NCBI GenBank assembly: GCA_963838235.1
Contig: CAWIQJ010000001.1
Span: 28,686-92,685, forward strand
Reading direction: 5' to 3'
DNA length: 64,000 nucleotides
DNA from: an uncultured Pseudomonadota bacterium
GTDB taxonomy: Bacteria > Pseudomonadota > Alphaproteobacteria > Caulobacterales > Caulobacteraceae
Shown: positions 51,201 through 60,721 of the stretch, piece by piece
Numbering within the stretch: position 1 is the first letter of the stretch
Layout of the letters: each line of letters opens with the position of its first letter
Made by a program: the position numbers and the translations under genes
The notes under the pieces: generated by a model
Databases searched by the model: none
What the model was told of the DNA's origin: nothing
What the model saw: the letters and a program-made list of their open reading frames with translations, nothing else

Positions 51201-51671
51201 TCAGGACAGGTCCGAAAGCGCTGCGGCGAGGGCTTCGAGCTGGGCGCGGGGCGTGACCTTCGACCAGGCCTTGGCGGCGGCCACCAGGGCAGGGGCCAGC
51301 GGCAGGGCTTGGGGTTTGGCGTCCGGGGCCAGGGTTTCCAGGTCTTCCAGCAACAGGCGCTCGGCGGACAGCTCGGCCGCCTTCACCTGGGCGCGCAGGG
51401 TCTCGCGGGCTTCGTCGCCCATGTCCGGAATGGGTTTTTTCAGGCGCCGGCGGATGACGCGCAGGGGCTCGATCGCCGCGTTGTCCCAGACCCGCGAGGT
51501 CTCGCCGCCGAACTCCAGGGTTTCCGCGTCCAGTGCGCGTCCTGAGGCCGCGGCCCAGGCGGCCCACAGCAGATAGGGGACGCTTTGATCATAGCCGTCC
51601 TGCAGCTCGAGACAGGCCTCTTCGACGCCTTCGCGGGCGTAGGCCGCGGCGGCCCAGTCCCACAGGCGCAT
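51201..51671 (-). CDS. TIGR02444 (DUF2390) family protein
   Basis: LWDWAAAAYAREGVEEACLELQDGYDQSVPYLLWAAWAA N-terminus, as remembered for this family. Confidence 0.65.
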   Translation of the reverse strand: MRLWDWAAAAYAREGVEEACLELQDGYDQSVPYLLWAAWAAASGRALDAETLEFGGETSRVWDNAAIEPLRVIRRRLKKPIPDMGDEARETLRAQVKAAELSAERLLLEDLETLAPDAKPQALPLAPALVAAAKAWSKVTPRAQLEALAAALSDLS

Positions 51672-51675
51672 GGGT

Positions 51676-52278
51676 CTAGCCTTCGGCCAGGGGGCCGACG
51701 TCGCGGCCCCAACGTTTCACCGACTTCCAGTCGAGGCCGAACAGATCCAGCGCGCGGCCTACCGACTGGTCGACCAGCTCGGCGATGGTCTCAGGCTTCG
51801 CATAGAAGGCCGGCAGGGGCGGGGCGATGATCGCGCCCATCTCGGCCAGCTTCACCAGGGTGCGCAGATGGCCCAGGTGCAGGGGCGTCTCGCGCACCAT
51901 CAGGACCAGGGGACGGCGCTCCTTCAGGGTCACGTCGGCGGCCCGGGTCAAGAGCGTCGAGGTCACGCCGGTGGCGATCTCGCTCATGGTGCGCACCGAA
52001 CAGGGCGCCACGATCATACCGAGCGCGTGGAACGAGCCCGAGGCGATGGACGCCCCGACCTCGCCGATCCGGTGGTTAACCGTAGCCTTGGCGGTCAGGT
52101 CCTGCAGGCTGAGGTCGGTTTCCTCGGAAAGGGTCAGGGCGGCGGCCTTGGAGACCACCAGGTGGCTCTCCACCCCAAGGTCCTTCAGGGCGTCGAGAAC
52201 CCGGACGCCGTAAAGGCTTCCCGAGGCGCCCGAGATTCCCACGATCAGCCGCGAAGGCTCGTTCACGCTCTTGGGCAC
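51676..52278 (-). CDS. ubiX: flavin prenyltransferase UbiX
   Basis: RLIVGISGASGSLYGVR...MIVAPCSVRTMSEIATG...RRPLVLMVRETPL. GTG start is at 52278 (alternative 52266). Confidence 0.85.
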   Translation of the reverse strand: MPKSVNEPSRLIVGISGASGSLYGVRVLDALKDLGVESHLVVSKAAALTLSEETDLSLQDLTAKATVNHRIGEVGASIASGSFHALGMIVAPCSVRTMSEIATGVTSTLLTRAADVTLKERRPLVLMVRETPLHLGHLRTLVKLAEMGAIIAPPLPAFYAKPETIAELVDQSVGRALDLFGLDWKSVKRWGRDVGPLAEG

Positions 52279-52381
52279 CGCTTGGCTCCGGAAAGTGTGA
52301 ACAACCGTAACCCAATTTGATTCAACAGGGATCAATACCGGGTGTGCACTATCGCGTGCTGTTCCTGAAGGAGAAGCGCCC

Positions 52382-52558
52382 ATGGCGATAGACGCCCGGA
52401 TTCGCGAACTCGGCAACCGCCACCGTTCGCTCGAAGCGGCCATTGAAGATGAAATGACCCGCCCGGCTGTCGACTCGTTACGATTGTGGGACCTGAAGCG
52501 CCGAAAGCTGAAGCTGAAGGAAGAGATGGAATCGCTGAAGGGCGAACTCCACCACTGA
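52382..52558 (+). CDS. YdcH/DUF465-family protein (58 aa)
   Basis: Manual translation gives MAIDARIRELGNRHRSLEAAIEDEMTRPAVDSLRLWDLKRRKLKLKEEMESLKGELHH*. Confidence 0.7.
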   Translation: MAIDARIRELGNRHRSLEAAIEDEMTRPAVDSLRLWDLKRRKLKLKEEMESLKGELHH

Positions 52559-52569
52559 CCTCGCGCCGA

Positions 52570-52590
52570 CCGCGGGGTTGAACCCCGCGG
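52570..52590. terminator. GC hairpin between convergent genes
   Basis: ccgcgggg-ttgaa-ccccgcgg, followed by a second small hairpin (cggcc-ttc-ggccg). No clear T-run. Confidence 0.4.
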
Positions 52591-52620
52591 ATCGGCCTTC
52601 GGCCGCGCCCGGTCTTGTCC

Positions 52621-53367
52621 TTACGCCTCTTCTGCAGGCGCGGAGTCGCTTACGTCCGATTCGTAGTCCGCATCCTCGGCGTCGTGTTCCGCTTCCGCGA
52701 CATCCTCGGCATGCGAATCATCCGTGGACGCATCATCGTCTTCGAGCGGGCCGTCCTCCGCCGTGGTCTCGTGAGCGGGCTTCAGGGTCGCGCCGGCGGC
52801 GCCCGAGGCCTTGGCCTTCTTGGCGTCGTCGCGGGCGCTTCTTCTCGGCCGCCTTCTTCACCAGATGCGTCCAGCTCGAGCTGGGTCGACCAGGCCCAGC
52901 GTCACCGGGTCCACCGGCTTGATGTTGGACGAGTTCCAGTGGGTGCGGTCGCGCACCTGCTCGATGGTGGCCTTGGTGGTGCCGAGCAGTCTTGGAGATC
53001 TGGGCGTCGGTGACTTCCGGGTGGTTGCGGATGAACCAGGCGATGGCGTCCGGGCGGTCCTGGCGGCGCGACACCGGCGTGTAGCGCGGGGCCTTCTTGG
53101 GCGGCTTCAGCAGCTCCGCGTGGCGGCTGGCTTCTGCGCCTTCATCCGGTACTTGGGGTCGCCCTGGGCCCGGTCCAGCTCCTCGCGGGTGAGCTGGCCG
53201 TTGGCGATGGGGTCGGCGCCGCGGATGTCGCGCGCCACTTCGCCGTCGGCGATGCCCTTCACCTCCAGGGGGTGCAGGCCGCAGAAGTCGGCGATCTGCT
53301 CGAAGGTGAGGGAGGTGTTGTCGACCAGCCAGACGGCGGTCGCCTTGGGCATGAGAACGTCGGTCAT
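52621..53367 (-). pseudogene. DUF1013-domain protein with an acidic C-terminal tail, frameshifted at least twice
   Basis: MTDVLMPKATAVWLVDNTSLTFEQIADFCGLHPLEVKGIADGEVA / PRYTPVSRRQDRPDAIAWFIRNHPEVTDAQISK / THWNSSN...DPVTLGL / acidic tail ...EDDDASTDDSHAEDVAEAEHDAEDADYESD lie in different frames. Confidence 0.8.
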
Positions 53368-53479
53368 CGTCTTTTCCTTGGGGCGCGCCTTGCCGGACGC
53401 CGGAAACAGCGGCGCCCGGCCTTTCGGCCGGGCGCGTGTCGGCCGCCTCTATAACCACTGGTGGGCGAGAAGGAAACAG

Positions 53480-53773
53480 GTGAGGAGCGGCCGGTCCGCA
53501 GGACCGGCATGGAATCGACAAGGATGCGTTGCCTTTTTGACGCCGGGCGTCCCTGTGCTCCTCAAGGGTCTGCGACCCGAGTTTCGCACGAACGGTACGG
53601 ACGAGTTAGCCGTCCGACTGCGGCGCAGGCGGCGGGCCCTCAGTCTCACCATGGACCAAGCAGTCAAACTGATCCGGGTGCGGTGGGCGACGTACAGCGG
53701 ATGGAAAGAGGGGTGTGTGGAGCCAGCAGCGAGGTTCACCCCGGTGCTCAAATCGTTCGTGAGAGGTGGTTGA
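53480..53773 (+). CDS. small XRE-like HTH protein, module copy A
   Basis: GTG with an AAGGA RBS. NRQGCVAFLTPGVPVLLKGLRPEF block, then LAVRLRRRRRALSLTMDQAVKLIRVRWATYSGWKEGCVEP (HTH_XRE pattern). Paralogous to 59567 and 63445. Confidence 0.55.
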   Translation: MRSGRSAGPAWNRQGCVAFLTPGVPVLLKGLRPEFRTNGTDELAVRLRRRRRALSLTMDQAVKLIRVRWATYSGWKEGCVEPAARFTPVLKSFVRGG

Positions 53774-53839
53774 TCGCCCATGCGCCCTGGCGGGCGAGGC
53801 GTGTTCGACAATCCTATTTGACGAGCGCATCAAGTTGTT

Positions 53840-53865
53840 CTACATGTGTAGCACTACAAGCGTAG
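53840..53865 (+). promoter_or_regulatory. candidate BlaI operator (two TACA/TGTA dyads) overlapping the putative blaI promoter
   Basis: CTACA-TG-TGTAG (53840-53851) and CTACA-AG-CGTAG (53854-53865), 11-36 nt upstream of the blaI ATG. TTGACG at 53816, then 17 nt, then TACATG. Confidence 0.5.
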
Positions 53866-53875
53866 AGGAAGCTCG

Positions 53876-54310
53876 ATGTCAGGCCCCGCCCAACCGGTTC
53901 AAGCGTCGCCGAACGAGACCGCCGAGCGGGATCCGGTCACCCTCAGCGATCTGCAGATGGACGTGATGCGCACGCTCTGGCGCGGCGGCGAGCGCAGCGT
54001 GGGCGAGGTCGTCCAAGACCTGCAGGCCCAGGGACGCCGACTGGCCCACACCACCGTTTCGACCTTGCTCACCCGCCTGCAGAAGCGCGGCCTGGTCGCC
54101 GGCCGGCGCGACGGGAAGCAGTGGATTTATCGCGCCGAGGTCGACGAGCCGCGGGTCCGCCGCGCCATGGTCTCGGGCTTGCTTGGTTCGGTGTTCGGCG
54201 GCGACGCCCAGGCGCTCGTCGCCCACCTGATCCGGGAGGATGCGATCAAGACCGACGACCTGACCGCGATCCGCGACCTCTTGTCCGAAAAGGCGTCCGT
54301 CGATGACTGA
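53876..54310 (+). CDS. blaI: BlaI/MecI/CopY-family transcriptional repressor
   Basis: LSDLQMDVMRTLW.....SVGEVVQDL......AHTTVSTLLTRLQKRGLV winged helix. 8-nt overlap with the M56 gene. Confidence 0.85.
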   Translation: MSGPAQPVQASPNETAERDPVTLSDLQMDVMRTLWRGGERSVGEVVQDLQAQGRRLAHTTVSTLLTRLQKRGLVAGRRDGKQWIYRAEVDEPRVRRAMVSGLLGSVFGGDAQALVAHLIREDAIKTDDLTAIRDLLSEKASVDD

Positions 54311-55703
54311 CGTGGGTTCGTCGCTGTTCGCCTGGTTCGCCACGGCGTGGCTGCACGGGGCGGCGCTGTTCGTCCTGATCTGGGGCGCCGAGCGCCTCGG
54401 CCTGCTGCGCCGTCCCCTGATGCGACAGACCGCGTGGCGCGCGGTGCTGCTGGCGCCCCTGCTCAGCGCGGCGCTGCAGGTCTTCGTGCTCGGCGGTTCG
54501 CCGATCGGACGCGAGACGCTGACCCTCGCAACGCCCGCAACACCTTCTGTAACCGCTGATGCGCGCGCAGCGGCGCCGCCCGCCGTCGCAATGGTCGCCC
54601 CGGCGCAATCCGCTTCCATTGCCGCCGCAGAGCAACCCTCGGCTCGGCGCCGAGCGGCGCAGGACGCGCCGTCGTTCCTTGGCTTGGCGTGGCTTGGATG
54701 GATGGCGATCGCGGCGGCCTGGCTCGCGGTTCAGGCCGGACGGCTCGTGCTCTATCGGCGTGGTCTGGCGCCCGTCCGCGACGCGGACACCCTCGCCGTC
54801 GCCGAGCGCCTGCGCCGCCGCGCCGGATTGGCGGAGATCGTCTTGCTCGAACACCCGGACCTGACCAGTCCCCTGTCGGTGGCCCCATCCACGATCGTTC
54901 TGCCCGCCTGGACGCGGACCCTGTCGGAGCTTCAGCGTGCGGCCATGCTGGCGCACGAGGCGCACCATCTTCGCCGCCGAGATCCGCAATGGCGCGGCCT
55001 GACGCTCGTGGCGGCGTTGGCGCTGCTCGCGCCCTGGGCCAAGGTCGCCCTCGACCGCCTGGAGGCGCTCTCCGAGGACGCCTGTGACGCTTGGTCGGCC
55101 GCGCAGGTCGGCGGCGGAGCGCCTCTGGCCGAGTGCCTGTTCGCCTGCGTCGAGCACGGCCTCGACCGTCGCACGCCGATGCTCGCCGCCGCCATGGCCG
55201 TGCCGCAATCACCGGTCGTCGATCGCGTGCGCCGTCTCGTGGAGGATCGCGTGCAAGGCTTTGAGAGCGACGCAGGACGCGAACGTGCAGCCTTTGCGAT
55301 CGTGCTCGGGCTCGCGGTCATCGCCCTTCCCGACATCTCACTCGGACATGGCTCTGTGTCGCCGTCGCCGGCCGTCGCCGGTGTGCCCCAGGTCGCGACC
55401 GCCCGCCTCGCTGCACCATCGTCGGTCGCCCCTGCAGTGCGACGCGCCACGCACCGATCGCCGCCGCACGTCGTCGCCCGGCCGGTCGCCTCGGCGCAGA
55501 CTGCGACCACCGCCGTCCCGGCGATCCGCGCGCAGCTCGCCACAGCCGCACAACCGGCGGTTCCGGCCCAAGAAGCAACGCCCGCGATCAAGCCCGTTCC
55601 GGCGTCGCCTGCGGTCGCGGCGTTTGAGCCAGTGACCAAGCCGGCGGCGCCGGCGCAATTCGTTCTCGGCAAATCCATCCTCGGTGGTGGCGATGTCATC
55701 TGA
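54303..55703 (+). CDS. M56-family (BlaR1-like) membrane metallopeptidase lacking a penicillin-binding sensor domain
   Basis: N-terminal TM helices, HEAHH (HExxH) motif, SEDACD. The C-terminal ~170 aa is Ala/Pro-rich low complexity rather than a transpeptidase-like sensor. Confidence 0.8.
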   Translation: MTDVGSSLFAWFATAWLHGAALFVLIWGAERLGLLRRPLMRQTAWRAVLLAPLLSAALQVFVLGGSPIGRETLTLATPATPSVTADARAAAPPAVAMVAPAQSASIAAAEQPSARRRAAQDAPSFLGLAWLGWMAIAAAWLAVQAGRLVLYRRGLAPVRDADTLAVAERLRRRAGLAEIVLLEHPDLTSPLSVAPSTIVLPAWTRTLSELQRAAMLAHEAHHLRRRDPQWRGLTLVAALALLAPWAKVALDRLEALSEDACDAWSAAQVGGGAPLAECLFACVEHGLDRRTPMLAAAMAVPQSPVVDRVRRLVEDRVQGFESDAGRERAAFAIVLGLAVIALPDISLGHGSVSPSPAVAGVPQVATARLAAPSSVAPAVRRATHRSPPHVVARPVASAQTATTAVPAIRAQLATAAQPAVPAQEATPAIKPVPASPAVAAFEPVTKPAAPAQFVLGKSILGGGDVI

Positions 55704-55788
55704 CCGGCTTCGCGAGCGGTCGCCGCCGGGCGCCTGACCCGACAGCCTGCTCGTTCAAAATCCTGATCTCACACTTTGGAGTACGGAC

Positions 55789-57663
55789 ATGCGTCTCGTG
55801 CCGTCGATAGCTTGCGCCCTGGCAACCGCGCTGGCCCTGACCGCCAGCATCGATCCCACACGCGCCGCCGACACAACCTCGCCCGCCGCGGCGAGCGCGG
55901 CGGACCTGACCGGGCTGTGGAAGGCGCGAATTCGCTTCGGGCCGGACGCCCATGGGCCGCTGATGCTGATGAAGTCCCCTGACGGATGGATCGCCGACTT
56001 CATGGGCCGGCGCCTGACGGTGCGCCGCGATGGCGACGTCCTGACGTTCGCCCTGCCCAACGACCAGGGATCATTTCGCGCACACCTCGAACCCGACGGC
56101 GGCGTGTCGCACGGACAATGGTATCAGCCGAAGAGCGCGATCAATCCGTGGTTCGCCACCGGCGTGCGCTTTCACGCCGACGGTGCCGGCCGCTGGAGCG
56201 GAGACGTGCGGCCGGTGGACGATGTGGTGACCTTCTATCTGAAGATCGCGCCGCGGTCGGACGGATCGCTCGGTGTCTTCATCCGCAACCCCGAGCGCAA
56301 CCTTGGCGTCTTTTTCAAGGCTGATCACATCGAGCGCGCTGGCGACGAGGTGCGGGTGATCGGCCGTGGTCCAGGCGACGCCCAGGACGCGGTGTTGATG
56401 AGCGGCGTCTTCGATCCGACCCAGGGCGATCTGCGACTCTATCTGCCGGCCCGCGGCTGGAGCTTCGACTTTGGGCGCGAGGGCGACGACAGCGACTTCT
56501 ATCCGCGCGGCCGCGCCCCCCAGCCCTACCACTATGCGCCGCCACCGGCGCGCGACGACGGCTGGCCGGTGGGCACGCTGGAAGAGGCGGGCATCGATCG
56601 CAAGGGCATGGAGGCCTTCGTCGAGACCATCCTGCACACGCCGATGGATTCCCTCGAAGCCCCTCAGGTGGACGGGATTCTGATCGCCCGCCACGGCAAG
56701 CTGGTGTTCGAGGAATATTTCCACGGTGAGAGTCGCGACCGGCTGCACGAGACCCGCTCCGCCGGCAAGAGCCTGACCGCCACCCTGGTGGGCGCGACGA
56801 TCCAGGCAGGCCTGCCGGTGAAGATGTCCACGCCGGTCTATCAGACCCTTTACGACGGCCGTCCGCCAGCCGACCTCGATCCCCGCAAGCGCGCCATGAC
56901 GTTGGAGAACCTGGAGACCATGAGCTCCGGCTACTGGTGCGACGACGGCGACCCTAAGGCGCCCGGCAATGAAGACACCATGACCGACCAATCCGCCGAT
57001 CCCGACTTCTGGCACTACACGCTCAAGGTCCCCATGGCCTACGATCCGGGGCGGATCGCGGTCTATTGCAGCGCCAATCCGAATCTCGCCATCGGGGTTC
57101 TCACCCATGCCACCGGCGAATACGCCATGGACCTCTACGACCGGCTGCTGGGTGATCCGCTCGGCATCGACCAGGACGTCTGGTTTGTTTCGCCCTCCAA
57201 ACAGCCCTACGGCGGCGGCAGCGCGCGGATGACGCCGCGCGACTACATGAAGCTCGGCCAGTTGATGCTGAACCGCGGGACGTGGAAGGGGCGTCGCGTC
57301 CTCGACGCCGACTGGGTCAAACGCGCGTCGAGCCCGATCTATGACCTGAACGGCATCAAGTACGGCTATTCCTGGTGGGGGATCGACTATCCGTACAAGA
57401 ACCGCACCGTCCACGCCTTCTTCGCCGGCGGCAACGGCGGCCAAGGGGTGATGGTGATCCCCGAGCTCGACATGGTGGTCGCCACCTATGCGGCGAACTT
57501 CGCCAGTCACACCGGGTTGGAGATTCAGCAGGGCTATGTCCCACGCTACATCCTGCCCGCGGTGCGGGAGAGGGGCGACCGGACGGACGCGGCCGTGGCG
57601 CCGCGCGAATACAAGGTCATCTACGGCCGCCGCCAACCCCCGCCGCCGTCGTTGGCGCAATGA
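55789..57663 (+). CDS. exported serine hydrolase (beta-lactamase/PBP4* family) with an N-terminal ~280-aa domain of unknown function
   Basis: Signal peptide. SAGK (SxxK) in TRSAGKSLTATLVG. Paralogue of the next gene. Confidence 0.85.
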   Translation: MRLVPSIACALATALALTASIDPTRAADTTSPAAASAADLTGLWKARIRFGPDAHGPLMLMKSPDGWIADFMGRRLTVRRDGDVLTFALPNDQGSFRAHLEPDGGVSHGQWYQPKSAINPWFATGVRFHADGAGRWSGDVRPVDDVVTFYLKIAPRSDGSLGVFIRNPERNLGVFFKADHIERAGDEVRVIGRGPGDAQDAVLMSGVFDPTQGDLRLYLPARGWSFDFGREGDDSDFYPRGRAPQPYHYAPPPARDDGWPVGTLEEAGIDRKGMEAFVETILHTPMDSLEAPQVDGILIARHGKLVFEEYFHGESRDRLHETRSAGKSLTATLVGATIQAGLPVKMSTPVYQTLYDGRPPADLDPRKRAMTLENLETMSSGYWCDDGDPKAPGNEDTMTDQSADPDFWHYTLKVPMAYDPGRIAVYCSANPNLAIGVLTHATGEYAMDLYDRLLGDPLGIDQDVWFVSPSKQPYGGGSARMTPRDYMKLGQLMLNRGTWKGRRVLDADWVKRASSPIYDLNGIKYGYSWWGIDYPYKNRTVHAFFAGGNGGQGVMVIPELDMVVATYAANFASHTGLEIQQGYVPRYILPAVRERGDRTDAAVAPREYKVIYGRRQPPPPSLAQ

Positions 57664-59438
57664 TCGGAACACCTCACATGCGCTCCGCACTCATCCTGTT
57701 CTTCGCCTTCGTGATCGGGTTCCCTGGATCCGTGCTCGCGCAGGCCGCACCGCCGGCCGCGGCGTCCGACCTCGCGGGCCTATGGAAGGCCAAGCGGTGG
57801 TTCGGGCCCGAGGCGCACGGCCCGCTGATCCTGCGCCGGGAGGCCGGGCGCTTCGCCGCGGAGATGGCTGGTCATGTCGTCCCCGTCCGCGCCGACAAGG
57901 GCGCGCTCGCCTTCGAGCTGCCCGACGGGGAGGGCGCTTTCAAAGGTCGGCTCGATGCGAGCGGCGCAGTCCTCGGTCACTGGTATCCGCCGGCTTCGTC
58001 CGCGGTGCTGATCGGATTTAGGTACGCTTCGCCCGTTCGCCTGGAACCTGCGGGACCTGGTCGCTGGGATGGGGTGGTCGCGCCGGTCGAGGACACCTTC
58101 ACTTTTTACCTCCTTGCCACATCGCAGGCGGACGGCTCGATGGGCGTGGTGCTGCGCAACCCCGAGCGCGACTACGGCAATCAGCTCAAGGTCCACGTCC
58201 TGGTGCGCGACGGCGATGTCGTGAAACTCATCGGCGTGCGCGGCGGCAAGGATGTGGAGGTGGCGCGCGGCCGCTTCGACGCGGACAACCAGGTGCTCAC
58301 CCTCGCGTTTCCCGGTCGCGGCGGCTGGTCCTACGACTTCGTCCGCGACGGCGACGACAGCGACTTCTATCCACGCGGCAAACACCCGGGCCGCTACGTC
58401 TATCACCCGCCGCCGGCGCGCGACGACGGATGGCCGGTAGGCACGTTGGAGGAAGCGGGCATCGACCGCGCCGCCATGGAGCGCTTCGTCCAATCGGTCA
58501 TCGACGAACCGATGGAGCCCGTGGACGCCCACCAGATTCACGGCCTGCTAATCGCCCGTCATGGCAGGCTGGTGCTCGAGGAATACTTCCACGGCGAGAA
58601 CCGCGACCGCATGCACGACACGCGCTCGGCCAGCAAAAGCCTCACCGCGACGCTCGTGGGCGCGGCTATGGAGGCCGGCGCGCCGCTCAAGCTCTCCACC
58701 CCGGTCTATCAGTTGATGAACGGAGGGACGTTTCCACCGGATCTGGAGCCGCGCAAACGGGCGATGACGCTGGAGAACCTCTTGACCATGACCTCGGGCT
58801 ATTTCTGCGACGACAACAATGACGCCGCGCCCGGCAACGAGGTCGGCATGCTCGATCAGACCGCCGAGCCCGACTATCTGCGTTTCACTCTGAGCCTTCC
58901 CATGGCTTTCGATCCGGGCAAGACGGCGATCTATTGCAGTATCAATCCGAACCTGGCGCTGGGCATGACGGGACGCGCGCTGGGCGAGGATCCCATGGCC
59001 AGCTTCGATCGCATGCTCGGCCGCCCGCTGAAGATCACGAGCTACGGCTGGATGCTCGATCCGTCCGGGCAGCCCTACGGCGGCGGCAGCGTGCAGATGC
59101 TTCCGCGCGACTTCATGAAGCTGGGCCAGCTGATGCTGAACGGCGGGACCTGGCAGGGCCGTCGGCTGCTCGACCGCGACTATGTGCGCAAGCTGAGCTC
59201 GACCCTCTACACCATAACCGGTCGAGGCTACGGCTTCGGCTGGTGGACGGTGGAATACCCCTACAGAGGACGCACGGTGCATGCCTTCTTCGCGGACGGC
59301 CGGGGCGGTCAGTGGGTGATCGTGATTCCGGAGTTGGACCTGGTCGCCGCCGCCTACAGCGGCAACTACTTCACTAAGGGGCAGAGGGTGTTCCAGCAGG
59401 AGTTCGTGCCCAACGTCATCCTGCCGGCCGTCCACTAG
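57660..59438 (+). CDS. exported serine hydrolase (beta-lactamase/PBP4* family), tandem paralogue
   Basis: ATGA overlap with the upstream gene (alternative ATG at 57678, followed by a signal peptide). SASK in TRSASKSLTATLVG. Collinear similarity to 55789..57663 throughout. Confidence 0.85.
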   Translation: MIGTPHMRSALILFFAFVIGFPGSVLAQAAPPAAASDLAGLWKAKRWFGPEAHGPLILRREAGRFAAEMAGHVVPVRADKGALAFELPDGEGAFKGRLDASGAVLGHWYPPASSAVLIGFRYASPVRLEPAGPGRWDGVVAPVEDTFTFYLLATSQADGSMGVVLRNPERDYGNQLKVHVLVRDGDVVKLIGVRGGKDVEVARGRFDADNQVLTLAFPGRGGWSYDFVRDGDDSDFYPRGKHPGRYVYHPPPARDDGWPVGTLEEAGIDRAAMERFVQSVIDEPMEPVDAHQIHGLLIARHGRLVLEEYFHGENRDRMHDTRSASKSLTATLVGAAMEAGAPLKLSTPVYQLMNGGTFPPDLEPRKRAMTLENLLTMTSGYFCDDNNDAAPGNEVGMLDQTAEPDYLRFTLSLPMAFDPGKTAIYCSINPNLALGMTGRALGEDPMASFDRMLGRPLKITSYGWMLDPSGQPYGGGSVQMLPRDFMKLGQLMLNGGTWQGRRLLDRDYVRKLSSTLYTITGRGYGFGWWTVEYPYRGRTVHAFFADGRGGQWVIVIPELDLVAAAYSGNYFTKGQRVFQQEFVPNVILPAVH

Positions 59439-59566
59439 GGGAGAGTTCAGTCTACAACCCTTGCCGGCTCAAGAAATTGGCGGAGAAGCAACTCCTCAAT
59501 CCTTTCCGCTGAGAGCCTCCACTGCCGAGTCCTGGGTGGCTCACTAGGTCATCGGCGGGCCGGTTT

Positions 59567-59833
59567 TTGCCTGCAATCGATCGACAAGGATACGTTGCCT
59601 TTTTGACGCCGGGCGTCCCGGTGCGTTTGAACGGCTTTCGGCCTGAGTTTCAAAACGAAATCGGCGATAGCCTTTCGGTGCGACTATGTAAACGGCGGCG
59701 GGCGCTCGGGTTTACCATTGAGCAAGCGGCGGCGTGGGTGCGGGTGCGTAGAGCCACTTTCAGCGGTTGGGAGAAGGGACAGGTCAATCCCGCAGCGCGC
59801 TTCCTGGAGGCGCTCGAACAGTTCTTAAAGTGA
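59567..59833 (+). CDS. small XRE-like HTH protein, module copy B
   Basis: TTG start. DRQGYVAFLTPGVPVRLNGFRPEF, then LSVRLCKRRRALGFTIEQAAAWVRVRRATFSGWEKGQVNP. Confidence 0.6.
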   Translation: MPAIDRQGYVAFLTPGVPVRLNGFRPEFQNEIGDSLSVRLCKRRRALGFTIEQAAAWVRVRRATFSGWEKGQVNPAARFLEALEQFLK

Positions 59834-59948
59834 GAGGCGGGTAATGGCACGGTGCTGGACGCCGTGACCATAACGTTCTGATCACAACTCGGTTGAGCGA
59901 GGTAGTTAGCCCTAATCCGATGCTTCGGTGCGCCGCATCAGCTTAGAA

Positions 59949-60662
59949 TCAATCAGGAACGGGCGTCGTCTCCGGACCGTCGATGAGCGGGTCGAGGCCG
60001 CAGCCTGCGGCGAGCCGCTCACTGTCCCGGATCAGGATCGTATCGCCTTGGACGGTGACGCCATGCATTTGAAGAGCGGACAGTGCTCGCGAAAAGCTCT
60101 CGCGGGTCATTCCAAGTTCTGAAGCGATGAGGTTTTTTTCGTAAGGCAAAACGGCTCGATGCGGCGTGCCCTGCCGCTTGGACAGCGCGAGCAGGTAGCA
60201 CCCGGCGCGTTCGGCGGTGGTGCGGAGTTTGAGGTTCTTAATCTGCCGAACCAGACGTCGGAACTGTCCTGCGAGACTCGCGATTACTTCCTGCGCCAGC
60301 AAGGGTTGGTGCAGAACGGCGCGGCGGAACACGCCGGCGTTGATCAAGAGCAGCCGAGAAGGTTCTGGCACGCGCGCTCGCATGAGATAGGGCGCTCCCG
60401 TAACGACGGCGGCCGGGATGACGAGTTCCGGCGGTTCCACCACCTCTATCAACACCTCACGTCCGGTGCTTGATCGACCGAGGAGGTGCGCCGACCCGGT
60501 CAGGACGACATGCTGGAAGGTCGGCGTGTCGCCTTGTTCGAACAGGATCGTTCCCGGTTTCACCGCGTGAATGAGAGCATTTTCGAGCAATTTCGCCCGG
60601 CTCGCAGCGGGCAGAGCAGCCAGCAGGGGCAGGCTTTCAATGTCTGGGCCCGGCTTTCGCAT
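59949..60662 (-). CDS. Crp/Fnr-family transcriptional regulator (Dnr/NnrR-like by context)
   Basis: Start taken at MRKPGPDIESL. cNMP-binding-like beta-roll and C-terminal HTH (LIASELGMTRESFSRALSAL). Divergent from qNOR. Confidence 0.85.
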   Translation of the reverse strand: MRKPGPDIESLPLLAALPAASRAKLLENALIHAVKPGTILFEQGDTPTFQHVVLTGSAHLLGRSSTGREVLIEVVEPPELVIPAAVVTGAPYLMRARVPEPSRLLLINAGVFRRAVLHQPLLAQEVIASLAGQFRRLVRQIKNLKLRTTAERAGCYLLALSKRQGTPHRAVLPYEKNLIASELGMTRESFSRALSALQMHGVTVQGDTILIRDSERLAAGCGLDPLIDGPETTPVPD

Positions 60663-60721
60663 GTCGTCTAACAGCTCCGAATCGTGAGTGGAGCGTCGCC
60701 CCCGACAGATCGTAACGCCAC

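Noticed and set aside
53449-53811. Antisense ORFs across the XRE-like modules (53449..53811, 59650..59871, 63423..63788), which also share a motif (GTPGVKKA.YPC)
   Set aside because: I considered these as the true coding strand. The B-versus-C substitution pattern concentrates on third positions of the plus-strand frame, and the plus frame yields a canonical XRE HTH in A and B. The antisense conservation is therefore a by-product.
56071-59435. Long minus-strand ORFs (56071..57690, 57780..58541, 58548..59435)
   Set aside because: They are antisense shadows of the two serine-hydrolase genes. The plus-strand genes have signal peptides, SxxK motifs and mutual paralogy.
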